A DNA stretch of 63,715 nucleotides, from the NCBI GenBank assembly GCA_043801745.1, contig JAZDLR010000011.1, positions 1-63,715 on the forward strand. Reading direction: 5' to 3'. The notes beneath the pieces are model-generated. The model was not told where the DNA came from. It ran no database searches and saw only the letters and a list, made by a program, of their open reading frames with translations. Origin of the DNA: Candidatus Komeilibacteria bacterium (GTDB taxonomy: Bacteria > Patescibacteriota > Patescibacteriia > UBA1558 > 2-01-FULL-52-15). The first letter of the stretch is position 1; every line of letters starts with the position of its first letter. Both the position numbers and the translations under genes were made by a program. Positions 47,380 to 57,911 of the stretch are shown here, piece after piece.

Positions 47380-48381
47380 TTGCGTTATCTAATTTTGTTA
47401 TTTGTCGTGTGTTGTCTCGGAAGCAATCAGGCCCAAGCGGCCCTAGTTCCAGCAGATGGTCAAAGTAGTATCCCCGTAAAAATTAGTCAAGGCGTGGAGG
47501 TGTCAGTACAAAGTGATTCTAACACCATTTTTCAGCTGGAATATTTTGAAGATGCCACGACAATTTATGCCTACTTATTGCCGCTAACTAGCCCGGCACG
47601 GCTGATTATCGTTGCTGACAACCCGATCGTTGCAGCTAATAAACAGTATACCTGGGTTAATGGCAGCTTTCAAACCTCTGACCATGTCATTGCCCTCTGG
47701 AAAAAACCACCCAGGCTCATTGGCAGAGGTAAAAATAGCTATTTGCCGGGGCCCACATTAGTTCCTGATCTACCCGGCCGTTATAAATTTTTTACCGCAA
47801 CTCTGACAATTTCCTCCGCTCAACTGTTAAGTTCAGTTACGGCCGAAAGCAATGCTAATGCCTATCCTAACAATTCCTTAGATCTGGTTTCTCTTGTTTA
47901 TGAGATTAGTAACCCCAAAAATCTTCCGTTAATCATGGACATCGGGTATACTGATAACAGCAGCCGCGGTAAGGAAATATATTATTTGGACCGCACGTCA
48001 ATGCAGTGGCTACAATTGCCGACCGTAACTGATGGTAGAGGACACCGGGCGGTAAGTTATTCCTCGCAAGCGTTCTTAACAGTGGCAATATTCACTAATG
48101 AAGCCTCTACCCAGGGCTTAGCCAGCTGGTATGACCAATCACGCTACCGCAGTTTTCATTATCAGGGTGGCAATTTTGCTGCTAGTCGGACGCTACCCAA
48201 AGGAACTAAAGTGAAAGTTACGCGTGTCAAAACCGGTAAAAGTATAGTGGTCACTATTAACGATTGGGGACCAGAAGAAAAAACCGGACGAATACTTGAT
48301 CTGGATAAAGCGGCCTACAAACAACTGGCCAGTACCGGCTCCGGCGAAATGATGATTAATCTCGATGTAATCAATGATTAA
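47380..48381 (+). CDS. RlpA-like (DPBB) lytic transglycosylase-family secreted protein
   Basis: The C-terminus 'GLASWYDQ...GNFAASRTLPKGTKVKVTRVKTGKSIVVTINDWGP' is RlpA-like. I moved the start to TTG 47380 (signal peptide LRYLILLFVVCCLGSNQAQA) because the track N-terminus overlaps the tRNA. Confidence 0.7.
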   Translation: MRYLILLFVVCCLGSNQAQAALVPADGQSSIPVKISQGVEVSVQSDSNTIFQLEYFEDATTIYAYLLPLTSPARLIIVADNPIVAANKQYTWVNGSFQTSDHVIALWKKPPRLIGRGKNSYLPGPTLVPDLPGRYKFFTATLTISSAQLLSSVTAESNANAYPNNSLDLVSLVYEISNPKNLPLIMDIGYTDNSSRGKEIYYLDRTSMQWLQLPTVTDGRGHRAVSYSSQAFLTVAIFTNEASTQGLASWYDQSRYRSFHYQGGNFAASRTLPKGTKVKVTRVKTGKSIVVTINDWGPEEKTGRILDLDKAAYKQLASTGSGEMMINLDVIND

Positions 48382-49054
48382 AGTTCACAAGGTCAGCAAA
48401 TCCTATCCGCCGAAAGTATCCGCCCTAAAGGATATCACTTTTGAAATCCAGCCAGGTGAGTTTGTTTCCATTGTTGGTCAGAGTGGGGCAGGCAAATCAA
48501 CCTTGGTTAAATTACTCATCGCTGAAGAGAGTCCCTCCAGCGGAACCATCGAAATTGGCGGCTGGAACATCACCCACATTAAGCAATCCGAGATTCCGGA
48601 CTTGCGCAAACAAATTGGGGTAGTATTTCAGGACTTTAAGTTGTTGCCTAAGAAAACCGTTTTTGAAAATATCGCCTTTGCCCTAGAGGTTAGCGGTGTT
48701 AAGGATCAGGAAATCGCCGTCACCATCCCGAAAATATTAAAAATGGTTAATCTTGTCGACAAGGCACAACGTTACCCTCATCAACTATCCGGCGGTGAAC
48801 AGCAACGTGTAGTTATTGCCCGCAGCTTAGTTCATAAGCCCAAATTACTAGTGGCCGATGAGCCGACGGGCAATCTGGATGCTATTAATAGCCGCGATAT
48901 TATCGATGTTCTGAAGCAGATTAATGATTTAGGCACCACTGTTCTGCTGGTAACTCATAACCGGGAAATTGTTAATGGTTTGAAGCAGCGCGTCCTGACG
49001 ATTGAAAATGGTGAGTTAATTAGTGACCAAAAAAAAGGCAAATATTTACTATAA
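48374..49054 (+). CDS. ftsE: cell division ATP-binding protein FtsE
   Basis: 'GQSGAGKST', 'LSGGEQQR' and 'LLVADEPTGNLD'. Confidence 0.9.
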   Translation: MIKVHKVSKSYPPKVSALKDITFEIQPGEFVSIVGQSGAGKSTLVKLLIAEESPSSGTIEIGGWNITHIKQSEIPDLRKQIGVVFQDFKLLPKKTVFENIAFALEVSGVKDQEIAVTIPKILKMVNLVDKAQRYPHQLSGGEQQRVVIARSLVHKPKLLVADEPTGNLDAINSRDIIDVLKQINDLGTTVLLVTHNREIVNGLKQRVLTIENGELISDQKKGKYLL

Positions 49055-49055
49055 T

Positions 49056-49961
49056 ATGCAACCTGCTCTACGTATCATTCGTTTTGCGACCCAAAATTTT
49101 TTGAGAAATTCCTGGTTATCTGTGGTGACTATTTCGGTTTTAGTTATCTGCTTAATTGCTGTCAATGTTATGATTTCCGTGGGTTACATAAAGGGCGTGC
49201 TTTTTTCCGCTGCGCACGAACGCGTTAACGTGACAGTCAGCCTAGTCAAGGGGCTATCGGCCGATGAGGTTAAATTAATAGTTGATGACCTCAACAAGCA
49301 ATTAAAGATAGTAGCCATTGAAACTTTGACACCCGAGCAAAACATCGATAACTTCAAAAATAATTTTTCTGATCTCAGCCAACGCCTCTTACCGGTTCTG
49401 GATGATAATCCTCTGGGTTACAAGCTTAAAATTCGTATGACTAATATCGACGATTACTCGGGAATTTTGAGCTACTTACAACAGGCAAGCTATAAAGATA
49501 AGATCTATAGTCAAAATTTTTGGAATTACCAACTGTTCATGGAACGTGCTGTTGCGGCCAGCAATACAATTAATGCTATCGCCCTGGGTATAGCCATCCT
49601 TTTTGCTGCCTTAGGCGTTTTGGTGGTCATTAACACTATTCGAGTCAGTATCTATACTCAACGTGAAGAAGTCGGAATAATGAAACTGGTCGGAGCCACG
49701 AATTGGTTTGTCCGGGGACCCTTCCTGATCGAAGCTACATTTTACAGTCTCATGTCAGTGTTAATCTGCTTTATTATTATCTATCCGGCGCTGCAGCTGT
49801 TCAGTTCATCCTCTTGGGCTGATCTAGGTGGTATCAAATTGAATATCAGTGACTATTACCAGAGAGATTTCTGGTTACTCTTTTTGGGGCAATTCCTAGG
49901 GTTAGCGCTGATTAATGGGATTAGTACAATTCTGGCACTACGGCGCTACCTGCGGATTTAA
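49056..49961 (+). CDS. ftsX: cell division permease-like protein FtsX
   Basis: Downstream of ftsE, with four TM segments. The ATG at 49056 follows the ftsE stop. Confidence 0.8.
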   Translation: MQPALRIIRFATQNFLRNSWLSVVTISVLVICLIAVNVMISVGYIKGVLFSAAHERVNVTVSLVKGLSADEVKLIVDDLNKQLKIVAIETLTPEQNIDNFKNNFSDLSQRLLPVLDDNPLGYKLKIRMTNIDDYSGILSYLQQASYKDKIYSQNFWNYQLFMERAVAASNTINAIALGIAILFAALGVLVVINTIRVSIYTQREEVGIMKLVGATNWFVRGPFLIEATFYSLMSVLICFIIIYPALQLFSSSSWADLGGIKLNISDYYQRDFWLLFLGQFLGLALINGISTILALRRYLRI

Positions 49962-49970
49962 TTTCTAACA

Positions 49971-50005
49971 AAAAAAGCACCGCTGATTTCCACGGTGTTT
50001 TTTTT
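49971..50005. terminator. bidirectional terminator between ftsX and rpmA
   Basis: An A7 run, then a short CACCG...CGGTG stem, then T8. Confidence 0.5.
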
Positions 50006-50008
50006 ATA

Positions 50009-50281
50009 TTATTTGACGTCAACGTAGGTTAATTTTTTCAAACTGCCGTCAAAACGCCGGCGTTTGAGGCTGCGAAAAGCTACAGTTCCCGGTTTAACAG
50101 CATACAGTGTATCATCATTACCCCGGGCGACGTTTAAACCCGGCCGAAACTTTGTACCACGCTGACGGATGATAATAGAACCGCTGTTGACTTTCTGACC
50201 AGCAAAAAGCTTAACGCCGAGGCGTTGTGCCTGTGAATCACGACCTAGAGTAGTAGATCCTTGGGCTTTCTTATGTGCCAT
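50009..50281 (-). CDS. rpmA: 50S ribosomal protein L27
   Basis: '[10 protein letters not shown]...[16 protein letters not shown]'. Confidence 0.95.
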   Translation of the reverse strand: MAHKKAQGSTTLGRDSQAQRLGVKLFAGQKVNSGSIIIRQRGTKFRPGLNVARGNDDTLYAVKPGTVAFRSLKRRRFDGSLKKLTYVDVK

Positions 50282-50361
50282 TTAAGTTATTAGATTAGAG
50301 TTGTAAGTTGACAGTTCAAAATGAGAACCTAGAGACTTTTTACTAGAGATTCAGGATATTG

Positions 50362-50979
50362 TCAAGCAATAGCTGATCCGAACTTCCTAAATATTCCCCG
50401 CACAATACCCTGAATAGCCGGATTGATCACGAATAGGGGATCCATAGCCGGATTAGCTGGTTGCAGACGAATGCAATTTTTTTCCCGGAAATATTTCTTT
50501 AATGTTGCATAAGTATTATCTATCAATGCCACTACAACATCGCCGTCATGGGGGTAGAAATTCCTCTCGACAATTACGTAATCACCGTCAAAAATACCCT
50601 CATCTATCATTGAGTCACCCTTAACCTTGAGTACAAAGCTGTTCATATTTTCCACCAAACTCTCGGGTATAGCTATGGATTCACGGGTCTCCACAGCCTC
50701 AATGGGTTCTCCGGCTGCAATTAGACCGACCAGGGGTAATTCAATAACTCTGGCTGACTCCTGACTAGGTTCAATCACATCAAGCGAACGGACGGCATTA
50801 AAATTTTTCTCAATAAAACCCTTATCTTCCAGAGCCTTAACATGTTGAAACACCGTGGAAACGGAACTCAGGCGGAAATGAGCCGCAATCTCACGGTAGC
50901 TGGGAGCATATCCGTGGCTAGTAACAAAGCTAGCTATAAAGTCTAAGATTAGCCGCTGTTTCTTTGTTAGTGCAATCAT
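50362..50979 (-). CDS. lexA: LexA repressor
   Basis: N-terminal wHTH 'LTKKQRLILDFI...SYREIA' and S24 peptidase 'VKGDSMIDEGIFDGDYVIV'. I use the internal ATG at 50979. Confidence 0.85.
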   Translation of the reverse strand: MIALTKKQRLILDFIASFVTSHGYAPSYREIAAHFRLSSVSTVFQHVKALEDKGFIEKNFNAVRSLDVIEPSQESARVIELPLVGLIAAGEPIEAVETRESIAIPESLVENMNSFVLKVKGDSMIDEGIFDGDYVIVERNFYPHDGDVVVALIDNTYATLKKYFREKNCIRLQPANPAMDPLFVINPAIQGIVRGIFRKFGSAIA

Positions 50980-51094
50980 AAGGTTATTAACAGCTATAAT
51001 TATATACCGAACAAAAAACGAAAGCAACACAGCCCGCTATTGATAGGCCGATACGGCTAGTTTTTTTCGCTAAAAATTGCTACACTGCTGTCGT

Positions 51095-51451
51095 ATGATG
51101 AGCCTACGTACACTGTGGCTGTATTATCGTGAACGCTACATATTTATTATGTCCAACCTAACAGTCCTGCTGTTATTATTAAGTTTACTACTCACGGCCC
51201 TGCGGCAACCGGGCTACCGACAAATAGTAGTTCTTCATTACAACGCCTATTTCGGCATTGACTTGGTTGGCAGCTGGGCTTGGCTTTGGGTTTATGTGGC
51301 TCTGGCCATTAGTGCTGGTATCGTTAATTTTCTTTTCTCTTTTTATGTCTTCACCAAAGATAAGTACATGAGCTATTATCTGAACTTAGCTTCGGTCTTC
51401 ATCGCCGCTGTGACTCTGGTTTATTTAATTGCCCTGGGACCCTATCTATGA
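51095..51451 (+). CDS. small membrane protein, function unknown
   Basis: Three hydrophobic helices; the ATG at 51095 lies within track ORF 51077..51451. Confidence 0.55.
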   Translation: MMSLRTLWLYYRERYIFIMSNLTVLLLLLSLLLTALRQPGYRQIVVLHYNAYFGIDLVGSWAWLWVYVALAISAGIVNFLFSFYVFTKDKYMSYYLNLASVFIAAVTLVYLIALGPYL

Positions 51452-52503
51452 TCGCCAACATGGAAATAATTCGCTTGTTGGTATTGGCAGCTGTCGCCTT
51501 TATTGTCGCCATGATTTTAACTCCGGCGGTTACTGCAATTTTGTATAAATATCATCTAGGAGTCTCCGTTCGCGACGAAGGCAGTACACCAATATATTCT
51601 AAGCTACATAAAAATAAGTCGGGCACGCCAACTATGGGTGGGGTAATAATCTGGATAACTTTGCTGATTATTATGGGACTAATGTATCTAGTAAGTGGTT
51701 GGAGTGTTTTACCCGGCTGGATCCGGCAGCTTAATTTCTTTTCGCGTTCTGAAACACTGCTACCCTTGGGCGTCTTAGTTTCATCGGCCTTAGTCGGGCT
51801 AATTGATGATATCTTCAATGTCCGCCGGCGTGGTGGTGGTCAGGGTGGCGGCATGACAGTCAAGCACCGGCTAGTCCTTTACACTTTAATTGCCACGGTC
51901 GGAGCGCTCTGGTTTTATTTCAAGCTGGACTGGGACTTGCTGCACATCCCTTTTCTGGGAGAGTTCAGCTTAGGACCGTGGTATATTCTGGTATTTATAT
52001 TCATAATTGTGGCTACTGCTTTTTCTGTCAATGAAACTGACGGTTTAGATGGGTTAGCTGGTGGGGTACTGCTCTCATGTTTTGCCAGTTTTGCGGCCAT
52101 TGCTCTGCTTAGTGGAAAATATGACCTAGCTGCTTTCTGTGCAGTAATTATTGGTGGCCTGCTGGCCTTCTTGTGGTTTAATATTAATCCGGCGCGTTTT
52201 TTCATGGGTGATACCGGAGCGATGTCATTAGGTATCACGTTGGGCGTGGTGGCGCTGCTAACACAAAGCGCCCTGCTCTTACCAGTTATTGGTTTAGTTT
52301 TTCTGTTTGAGTCTTTATCAGTCATCATCCAACTGACATCAAAAAAATTGTTTAAGCGTAAGATATTTTTGTCTACGCCGATTCATCATCATTTTGAGGC
52401 TATTGGTTGGCCCGAGCCCAAGGTCGTGATGCGCTTCTGGGTTATCTCTGGCGTCGCTGCCGTTCTGGGACTGATAATTGCCATTTTAGATAAAACTCTC
52501 TAA
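51448..52503 (+). CDS. mraY: phospho-N-acetylmuramoyl-pentapeptide transferase
   Basis: 'NETDGLDGLAGG', 'MGDTGAMSLG' and 'PIHHHFE'. Confidence 0.95.
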   Translation: MIANMEIIRLLVLAAVAFIVAMILTPAVTAILYKYHLGVSVRDEGSTPIYSKLHKNKSGTPTMGGVIIWITLLIIMGLMYLVSGWSVLPGWIRQLNFFSRSETLLPLGVLVSSALVGLIDDIFNVRRRGGGQGGGMTVKHRLVLYTLIATVGALWFYFKLDWDLLHIPFLGEFSLGPWYILVFIFIIVATAFSVNETDGLDGLAGGVLLSCFASFAAIALLSGKYDLAAFCAVIIGGLLAFLWFNINPARFFMGDTGAMSLGITLGVVALLTQSALLLPVIGLVFLFESLSVIIQLTSKKLFKRKIFLSTPIHHHFEAIGWPEPKVVMRFWVISGVAAVLGLIIAILDKTL

Positions 52504-52505
52504 CC

Positions 52506-53675
52506 ATGGCTCGGCATACATTGCGAAGCTGGTGGCGGAAAATTTGGCTACCCCTTTCTGATAGTCACGGACCGCACAAGCCCGACTATATATTACTAAT
52601 AGTGTCCGGGGTAGTGATACTCTTTGGTTTGGTCATGTTGTCTTCAGCTACAGCCTATTTTGCCTATAACAACAAAGACTACGGGGACACCTATTATTTT
52701 CTCAAACAGCAAATTACCCGCGGCTTAATTCCGGGCCTAATTTTATATTTTATTTTTATCCGTTTGCCCTATCAAAAATTGAAGAAACTTGGTTGGTGGT
52801 GGCTGATAATCAGCATTGTTCTACTAAGCTGCGTCTTGATCCCGGGATTAGGGCGGGAAATCCATAATTCCCGCAGTTGGTTAGGGGTCGGCAGCATTGC
52901 TATTCAGACTAGCGAAATAGCTAAATTAACATTTATCATTTTCTTGGCCTTCTGGCTGGAACGGCAACAGCGAGTAATCGCCGATATGAAAGCGACTTTC
53001 TGGCCCTTTCTGGTGTTTTTGGGTATTGTTGCCACGTTATTATTTTTGCAGCCGGACATTGGCACGCTGCTAATTTTTGTTGCCATCGCGGCAACAATGT
53101 ATTTTGCCGCTGGTATGACAGTTGGTCAGATGATAACACTGCTTGTGCTTAGTCTGGGTGGACTGGGGCTAGCTGTCCGGCTGGCGCCTTACCGCTTGCA
53201 GCGACTAGTAACTTTTCTTAATCCTAATTATGATACTCAAGGTGCCGGGTATCAACTTAAACAGGCCCTCATCGCGATTGGTAGTGGCGGTCTATGGGGT
53301 TTAGGCTTGGGTCAATCACGACAGAAATTTAATTATTTACCAGAAGTAGCGGCCGACTCAATTTTTGCTGTCATCGCCGAGGAGTGGGGCTGGATCTCTT
53401 CAGTTCTGCTGATAATCCTTTTTATCACTATTTGTATCCGTGGATTGCGTATTGCCAAATACGCTCCCGACACATTTGCCAAGTTGCTAACTATTGGTAT
53501 TATAGGTTGGATCACTATACAGGCAGCTGTCAATATTGCGGCTATAATCGGCCTAATGCCCCTAACCGGCCTGCCACTGCCCTTTATTAGCCTGGGTGGC
53601 AGTAACCTGGCTGTAGTTATGATGGCTCTAGCTATAGTGACCAATATTTCTAAATACACCCTAGAACGCTCATGA
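52506..53675 (+). CDS. ftsW: SEDS peptidoglycan glycosyltransferase FtsW/RodA
   Basis: 'LQPDIGT', 'LPEVAADSIFAVIAEEWG' and 'GLPLPFISLGGS'. Confidence 0.9.
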   Translation: MARHTLRSWWRKIWLPLSDSHGPHKPDYILLIVSGVVILFGLVMLSSATAYFAYNNKDYGDTYYFLKQQITRGLIPGLILYFIFIRLPYQKLKKLGWWWLIISIVLLSCVLIPGLGREIHNSRSWLGVGSIAIQTSEIAKLTFIIFLAFWLERQQRVIADMKATFWPFLVFLGIVATLLFLQPDIGTLLIFVAIAATMYFAAGMTVGQMITLLVLSLGGLGLAVRLAPYRLQRLVTFLNPNYDTQGAGYQLKQALIAIGSGGLWGLGLGQSRQKFNYLPEVAADSIFAVIAEEWGWISSVLLIILFITICIRGLRIAKYAPDTFAKLLTIGIIGWITIQAAVNIAAIIGLMPLTGLPLPFISLGGSNLAVVMMALAIVTNISKYTLERS

Positions 53676-56053
53676 ACCGTATTTTAATGGCCGGTGGCGG
53701 AACTTTGGGATCAGTCTCACCGCTGGTGGCCGTTGCTCAACAATTCCCCGAGGCTGATTATCTATTTATTACTACCAAAAAGGGACCGGAGGTCCATTTT
53801 TTACGTCAACGAAACTTTCGCACTGTCAGTATCTCGGCCGGTAAATGGCGCCGTTATTTTTCTTGGCGTAACATTACGGATATCATTAAAACAGTCAGCG
53901 GCTGGTTTCAAAGTCTAATAATAATTGGCCGTTACCAGCCAGATATTATTGTTGCTGCTGGTGGCTTTGTAGCTGTGCCGGTCGTTTGGGCGGGCTGGAT
54001 ACTGGGCAAAAAAATTATTGTTCACCAGCAGGATCTAGAGCTGGGTCTAGCCAATAGGTTGATGGCACCAGCTGCTACCATTGTTACTATCGCTTTTTCC
54101 GAATTAGCCCACTTTTTTCCGGGCAAGCAGGTTATTCATACCGGTAATCCCGCGCGAAGGATCGCAGCGTCTAATCACGCTGTATTGCAGTCTGGTCTAA
54201 CAATACTCGGTGGTAGTCAGGGAGCTCGCGGCCTAAACGATTTTGTCAGTGGCCTTTTACCTCAATGGACCAAAAATTGGCCAGTCAATCATATTCTTGG
54301 TGCCACTAACTTGGGTCAGAGATCGGGCGTGGTAAAAAACTACCAAGCTTATGGTTTTGTTGACCAGGAATTACCGGACTTATTATTGTCGGCGCGTTTA
54401 GTCATCACCCGAGCCGGCATTGCCACTATGACGGAATTGGCCTCGCTGTCCAAACCGGTCATTGTTGTGCCCATACCGGGTTCACACCAGGAAGCTAATG
54501 CCAATTTTTTTGCCAGCCACAACGCCGCTATTGTAGTACAGCAGGGCGACAGCACCGGCCTGCAACAAGCAGTTGACAGCCTGATGACAGATCCGGTATT
54601 AGCCGCTACCTTGGGTCGTAACCTTAATCGATTACTTAACCCCAATTCTGCCCGTGATTACGTTCAAGTAATCAAGGAAAATATTCGACTGGAGGTTGAA
54701 GTCCATCCTGTGGTTTATCTAGCAGGAATTGGCGGTATCGGCCTGTCCGCCCTAGCTGAATACTTCCGTTTGCGGGATTATACAATTTTTGGTTCAGATC
54801 TTAATAGTAGCACTATAACGCGACGTTTGGAGCAAAGAGGCGCTAAAATTTTTTCCCAACAAAAAAGAGGTAATCTGCCGGATAATTGTAGCCTGTTTAT
54901 TTATTCGGCCGCCTTGCCGGGTAATAGTGAGGAAATACTTGAGGCCAAACGGCGACATATACCAACTTACACCTATAACCGGTACTTGGGTTTGATTTCT
55001 CGGACTAAAAAAACTATTGCTATTTCCGGCACTCATGGCAAGACTACAACGACCGGTTTAATCGGCTTCATGCTAACAGCAGCGCAACTTGATCCCACAG
55101 TGATTGTCGGTGGACTGATTCCTCAATTTGACGGTAATTTCCGCAACGGCCAATCCGACTATTTAGTGGTAGAGGCCTGCGAATATCGTTCGCATATGTT
55201 ACAACTAGCTCCTTGGATTATCGCACTGACAAATATTGAAGAGGATCATTTAGACTATTTTCGCGATCTGGCCCATATCCAGGAACAATTTCAAAAATTC
55301 GTTGACACCTTACCGGCTAATGGTCTACTGATCCGCAATCTTGATGACAAAAATTCAAAACAAATTATTGCGGATAAAAAACAAATTACCGTTGCTATTG
55401 ATTCCACAGCTGATTATCAAGCCAAAAATATACTGGTAGGGGATCAACAGCAAAAATTTGTACTCCTTGAATATGGTCAAGAAATCGGGGAAATGGTCAT
55501 TCGTATTCCAGGCAAATTTAATATTTACAACAGCCTGGTAGCCATCGCTGTGGCCCGCAGCCTGAATATCAGTTATGACATTATAAAAAAATGCCTCTGG
55601 GACTACCGCGGCTCTTGGCGGCGATTTGAGAAGATCGGCATCTTTCGCGGTTTGCCGGTATATTCCGACTATGCTCACCATCCGACAGAAATCACTAATA
55701 CGATTGAAGCGGCCAAAAAGTTTTATCCGGAAAAGAAAGTCTTGGCGATTTTCCAGCCTCACTCCTATAGCCGCACGGAAAGTCTTTTTGACAGCTTTAG
55801 CCGGGCTTTTGCCGCAGCGGATAAAATTATTATTCTACAAACTTTCAAGGTCGCCGGCCGTGAAGATGATGTCGAAGAAACAGACATTGCCCGGAAGCTG
55901 GCTAAGGAGATTGGTGCCAAAGCCCGCTACGCTGCTGATTTTGCTCAAGCCAGGACCTTACTGGGTCAAATCTGCCAACCAGCGGATATCATAATTTTTA
56001 TGGGCGCCGGTGACATTGACTCATTGGCCCGTTCAATTATTGAACATGGATAA
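53672..56053 (+). CDS. murG/murC: fused MurG (lipid II GlcNAc transferase) - MurC (UDP-MurNAc:L-Ala ligase)
   Basis: N-terminal half: 'GGGTLGSVSPLVAV' and 'ITRAGIATMTELASLSKPVIVVP...HQEANA'. C-terminal half: 'LAGIGGIGLSALAEYF...GSD' and 'ISGTHGKTTTT'. It is a single 793-aa frame. Confidence 0.85.
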   Translation: MNRILMAGGGTLGSVSPLVAVAQQFPEADYLFITTKKGPEVHFLRQRNFRTVSISAGKWRRYFSWRNITDIIKTVSGWFQSLIIIGRYQPDIIVAAGGFVAVPVVWAGWILGKKIIVHQQDLELGLANRLMAPAATIVTIAFSELAHFFPGKQVIHTGNPARRIAASNHAVLQSGLTILGGSQGARGLNDFVSGLLPQWTKNWPVNHILGATNLGQRSGVVKNYQAYGFVDQELPDLLLSARLVITRAGIATMTELASLSKPVIVVPIPGSHQEANANFFASHNAAIVVQQGDSTGLQQAVDSLMTDPVLAATLGRNLNRLLNPNSARDYVQVIKENIRLEVEVHPVVYLAGIGGIGLSALAEYFRLRDYTIFGSDLNSSTITRRLEQRGAKIFSQQKRGNLPDNCSLFIYSAALPGNSEEILEAKRRHIPTYTYNRYLGLISRTKKTIAISGTHGKTTTTGLIGFMLTAAQLDPTVIVGGLIPQFDGNFRNGQSDYLVVEACEYRSHMLQLAPWIIALTNIEEDHLDYFRDLAHIQEQFQKFVDTLPANGLLIRNLDDKNSKQIIADKKQITVAIDSTADYQAKNILVGDQQQKFVLLEYGQEIGEMVIRIPGKFNIYNSLVAIAVARSLNISYDIIKKCLWDYRGSWRRFEKIGIFRGLPVYSDYAHHPTEITNTIEAAKKFYPEKKVLAIFQPHSYSRTESLFDSFSRAFAAADKIIILQTFKVAGREDDVEETDIARKLAKEIGAKARYAADFAQARTLLGQICQPADIIIFMGAGDIDSLARSIIEHG

Positions 56054-56975
56054 CTTACGACATTCCGTACCGCTAGCTCCCTTTACGACCTTCAAAATTG
56101 GGGGGTTGGCTGATTATTTTTATGAAGCGCATGACAGTGATCAGACTAGCGATATCCTGCAGTGGGCCCAAGAGCAACAATTGCCTTTTTTAATTCTTGG
56201 CGGCGGCAGCAATGTTCTGCTGCCGGATGCCGGCTATCGCGGATTAGTTATTCAGCCAAAATTTAATCGTTTAGAGATTGACGACAACCTGGTTGTGGCC
56301 GGATCCGGACTGAATCTTCAGGAATTAATTAATAAGACACTGGAGGCCGGGCTGACTGGCCTAGAATTTGTCGCCGGGGTTCCGGGTACAGTCGGCGGTG
56401 CTGTGGTCGGCAACGCCGGTATGTACGGAGTAGATATGAGCTCAGTCGTTGAAACAGTAAGTTATATCGATTTGACTACCTTTGAGGAAAAAAAAATAGC
56501 CGCGAGCGATGTCGGTTTTGCTTACCGTCACAGCAAGCTAAAGGACCTGCCGGCATTAGTTACCGAGGTTAGCTTAAAACTAAAAAAAGACGACCTTGAG
56601 GTCAGCCAAAAAATTATTGCCGAAAGACTCGCGATGCGCCGAGACTCTATGCCACCCGAACCGTCGGCCGGCTGTTTTTTCAAAAATGTTATCTTAGCCA
56701 ATATTGATTTGGACAAATTACGCGCCCAAGACATTGACACCGATCAATTCATCAAGTTTGGTAAAATTCCGACAGGATTTCTCATTGATCATTGCAATCT
56801 AAAAGGCTTTAAACTGGGCGGAGCCCAAGTTTCTCCTAGGCACGCCAATTACATTATCAATACCGGATCAGCTACGGCCGAGGACGTAATCAAGCTAGCC
56901 AGTTTAATTAAGCAGAAAGTCCGCGACACTTTCGGAATCCAGCTTCAGGAAGAGGTTAGAATTATCTATAATTAA
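56046..56975 (+). CDS. murB: UDP-N-acetylenolpyruvoylglucosamine reductase
   Basis: 'PLAPFTTFKIGG', 'ILGGGSNVL' and 'SAGCFFKN'. The ATG at 56046 overlaps the end of the fusion gene. Confidence 0.9.
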   Translation: MDNLRHSVPLAPFTTFKIGGLADYFYEAHDSDQTSDILQWAQEQQLPFLILGGGSNVLLPDAGYRGLVIQPKFNRLEIDDNLVVAGSGLNLQELINKTLEAGLTGLEFVAGVPGTVGGAVVGNAGMYGVDMSSVVETVSYIDLTTFEEKKIAASDVGFAYRHSKLKDLPALVTEVSLKLKKDDLEVSQKIIAERLAMRRDSMPPEPSAGCFFKNVILANIDLDKLRAQDIDTDQFIKFGKIPTGFLIDHCNLKGFKLGGAQVSPRHANYIINTGSATAEDVIKLASLIKQKVRDTFGIQLQEEVRIIYN

Positions 56976-56988
56976 CTTAACAATTATT

Positions 56989-57345
56989 ATGTCTGGTGAA
57001 CAACTGCCCAGCTTTCCCACAAGTAGAGACGAACGCTTAGAACCAAAATTTCAAGCCGCTATTAGTCAGCATTTTGATTTGTGGCTAGAGATAATTAACA
57101 CTTCCACAGTTACCATGGAAATCAAGGACCAGTTAATTGAAGCCCTGATGAGATTTAAATCAGAAGCCTTTACCTCCTGGAGTACTTTCGATGATGCTGT
57201 TTATGGGACCATCAGTCAAATCGTCACTGTCGCTCAATCCTGGAAAAAGAAAGAAGACCCGGAAATCCAGGCATTAATGCAGAATTTACGTGATGACCTC
57301 TGGAGTCTACGCGCTCAAGTGCTGAAATCAATATGCGCCGACTAG
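56989..57345 (+). CDS. hypothetical protein, 118 aa
   Basis: Helical ORF with no recognisable motif. Confidence 0.5.
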   Translation: MSGEQLPSFPTSRDERLEPKFQAAISQHFDLWLEIINTSTVTMEIKDQLIEALMRFKSEAFTSWSTFDDAVYGTISQIVTVAQSWKKKEDPEIQALMQNLRDDLWSLRAQVLKSICAD

Positions 57346-57911
57346 AGTTGATTGCCAAAAAACACTACGCGGCGCTGCCTTATCATAACTTTGAGCATGC
57401 ACTCTGGGTACGGCGGCAAGCGCGTAAATATATGCGGCGCTGCAAAAAATATAAAATTCCCTACAAGGGCGACGTTATTGAGACAGCCGCGCTATTCCAT
57501 GATGCCGGCTATGATAAAGTTAAAAATTCTAAAGAAGCCTATAGCTGTAAAATTGCTAGGCGCGAATTAAAAAAACTCAAGTATTTACCAGGCTTTATTC
57601 AACAAGTCGAGCAGACAATTATGGCTACCAAAGCTGGGTATCCATTGAAAACAACCGAACAAAAAATTATCCGCGCTGCTGATTTGTCGTCATTTACTGC
57701 CAATTACCGCGATTTTCTCGTTGGCAGCAAAAAAATTGTTAAGGAATATAAAATTCTGTATCACGGTAAACAATTTCCCGTAAAAAAATGGGCAAAATTA
57801 ATCCGCGTCTATCTGAGACAGCGCGTGCAGCTCACACCGCAATATAGCCGGGATAATTTTGACGTGAAGGCCGAGAGAAACATCGCCCGGTTTTTACGGG
57901 AATATCAATAG
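57333..57911 (+). CDS. HD-domain phosphohydrolase-like protein
   Basis: 'HNFEHALWV' and 'LFHDAGY'. Confidence 0.7.
   Translation: MRRLELIAKKHYAALPYHNFEHALWVRRQARKYMRRCKKYKIPYKGDVIETAALFHDAGYDKVKNSKEAYSCKIARRELKKLKYLPGFIQQVEQTIMATKAGYPLKTTEQKIIRAADLSSFTANYRDFLVGSKKIVKEYKILYHGKQFPVKKWAKLIRVYLRQRVQLTPQYSRDNFDVKAERNIARFLREYQ

Noticed and set aside
50980-51076. SOS (LexA) box upstream of lexA
   Set aside because: Only AT-rich low-complexity palindromes such as TATAATTATA are present. I found no clear CGAAC-N4-GTTCG or CTGT-N8-ACAG type site.
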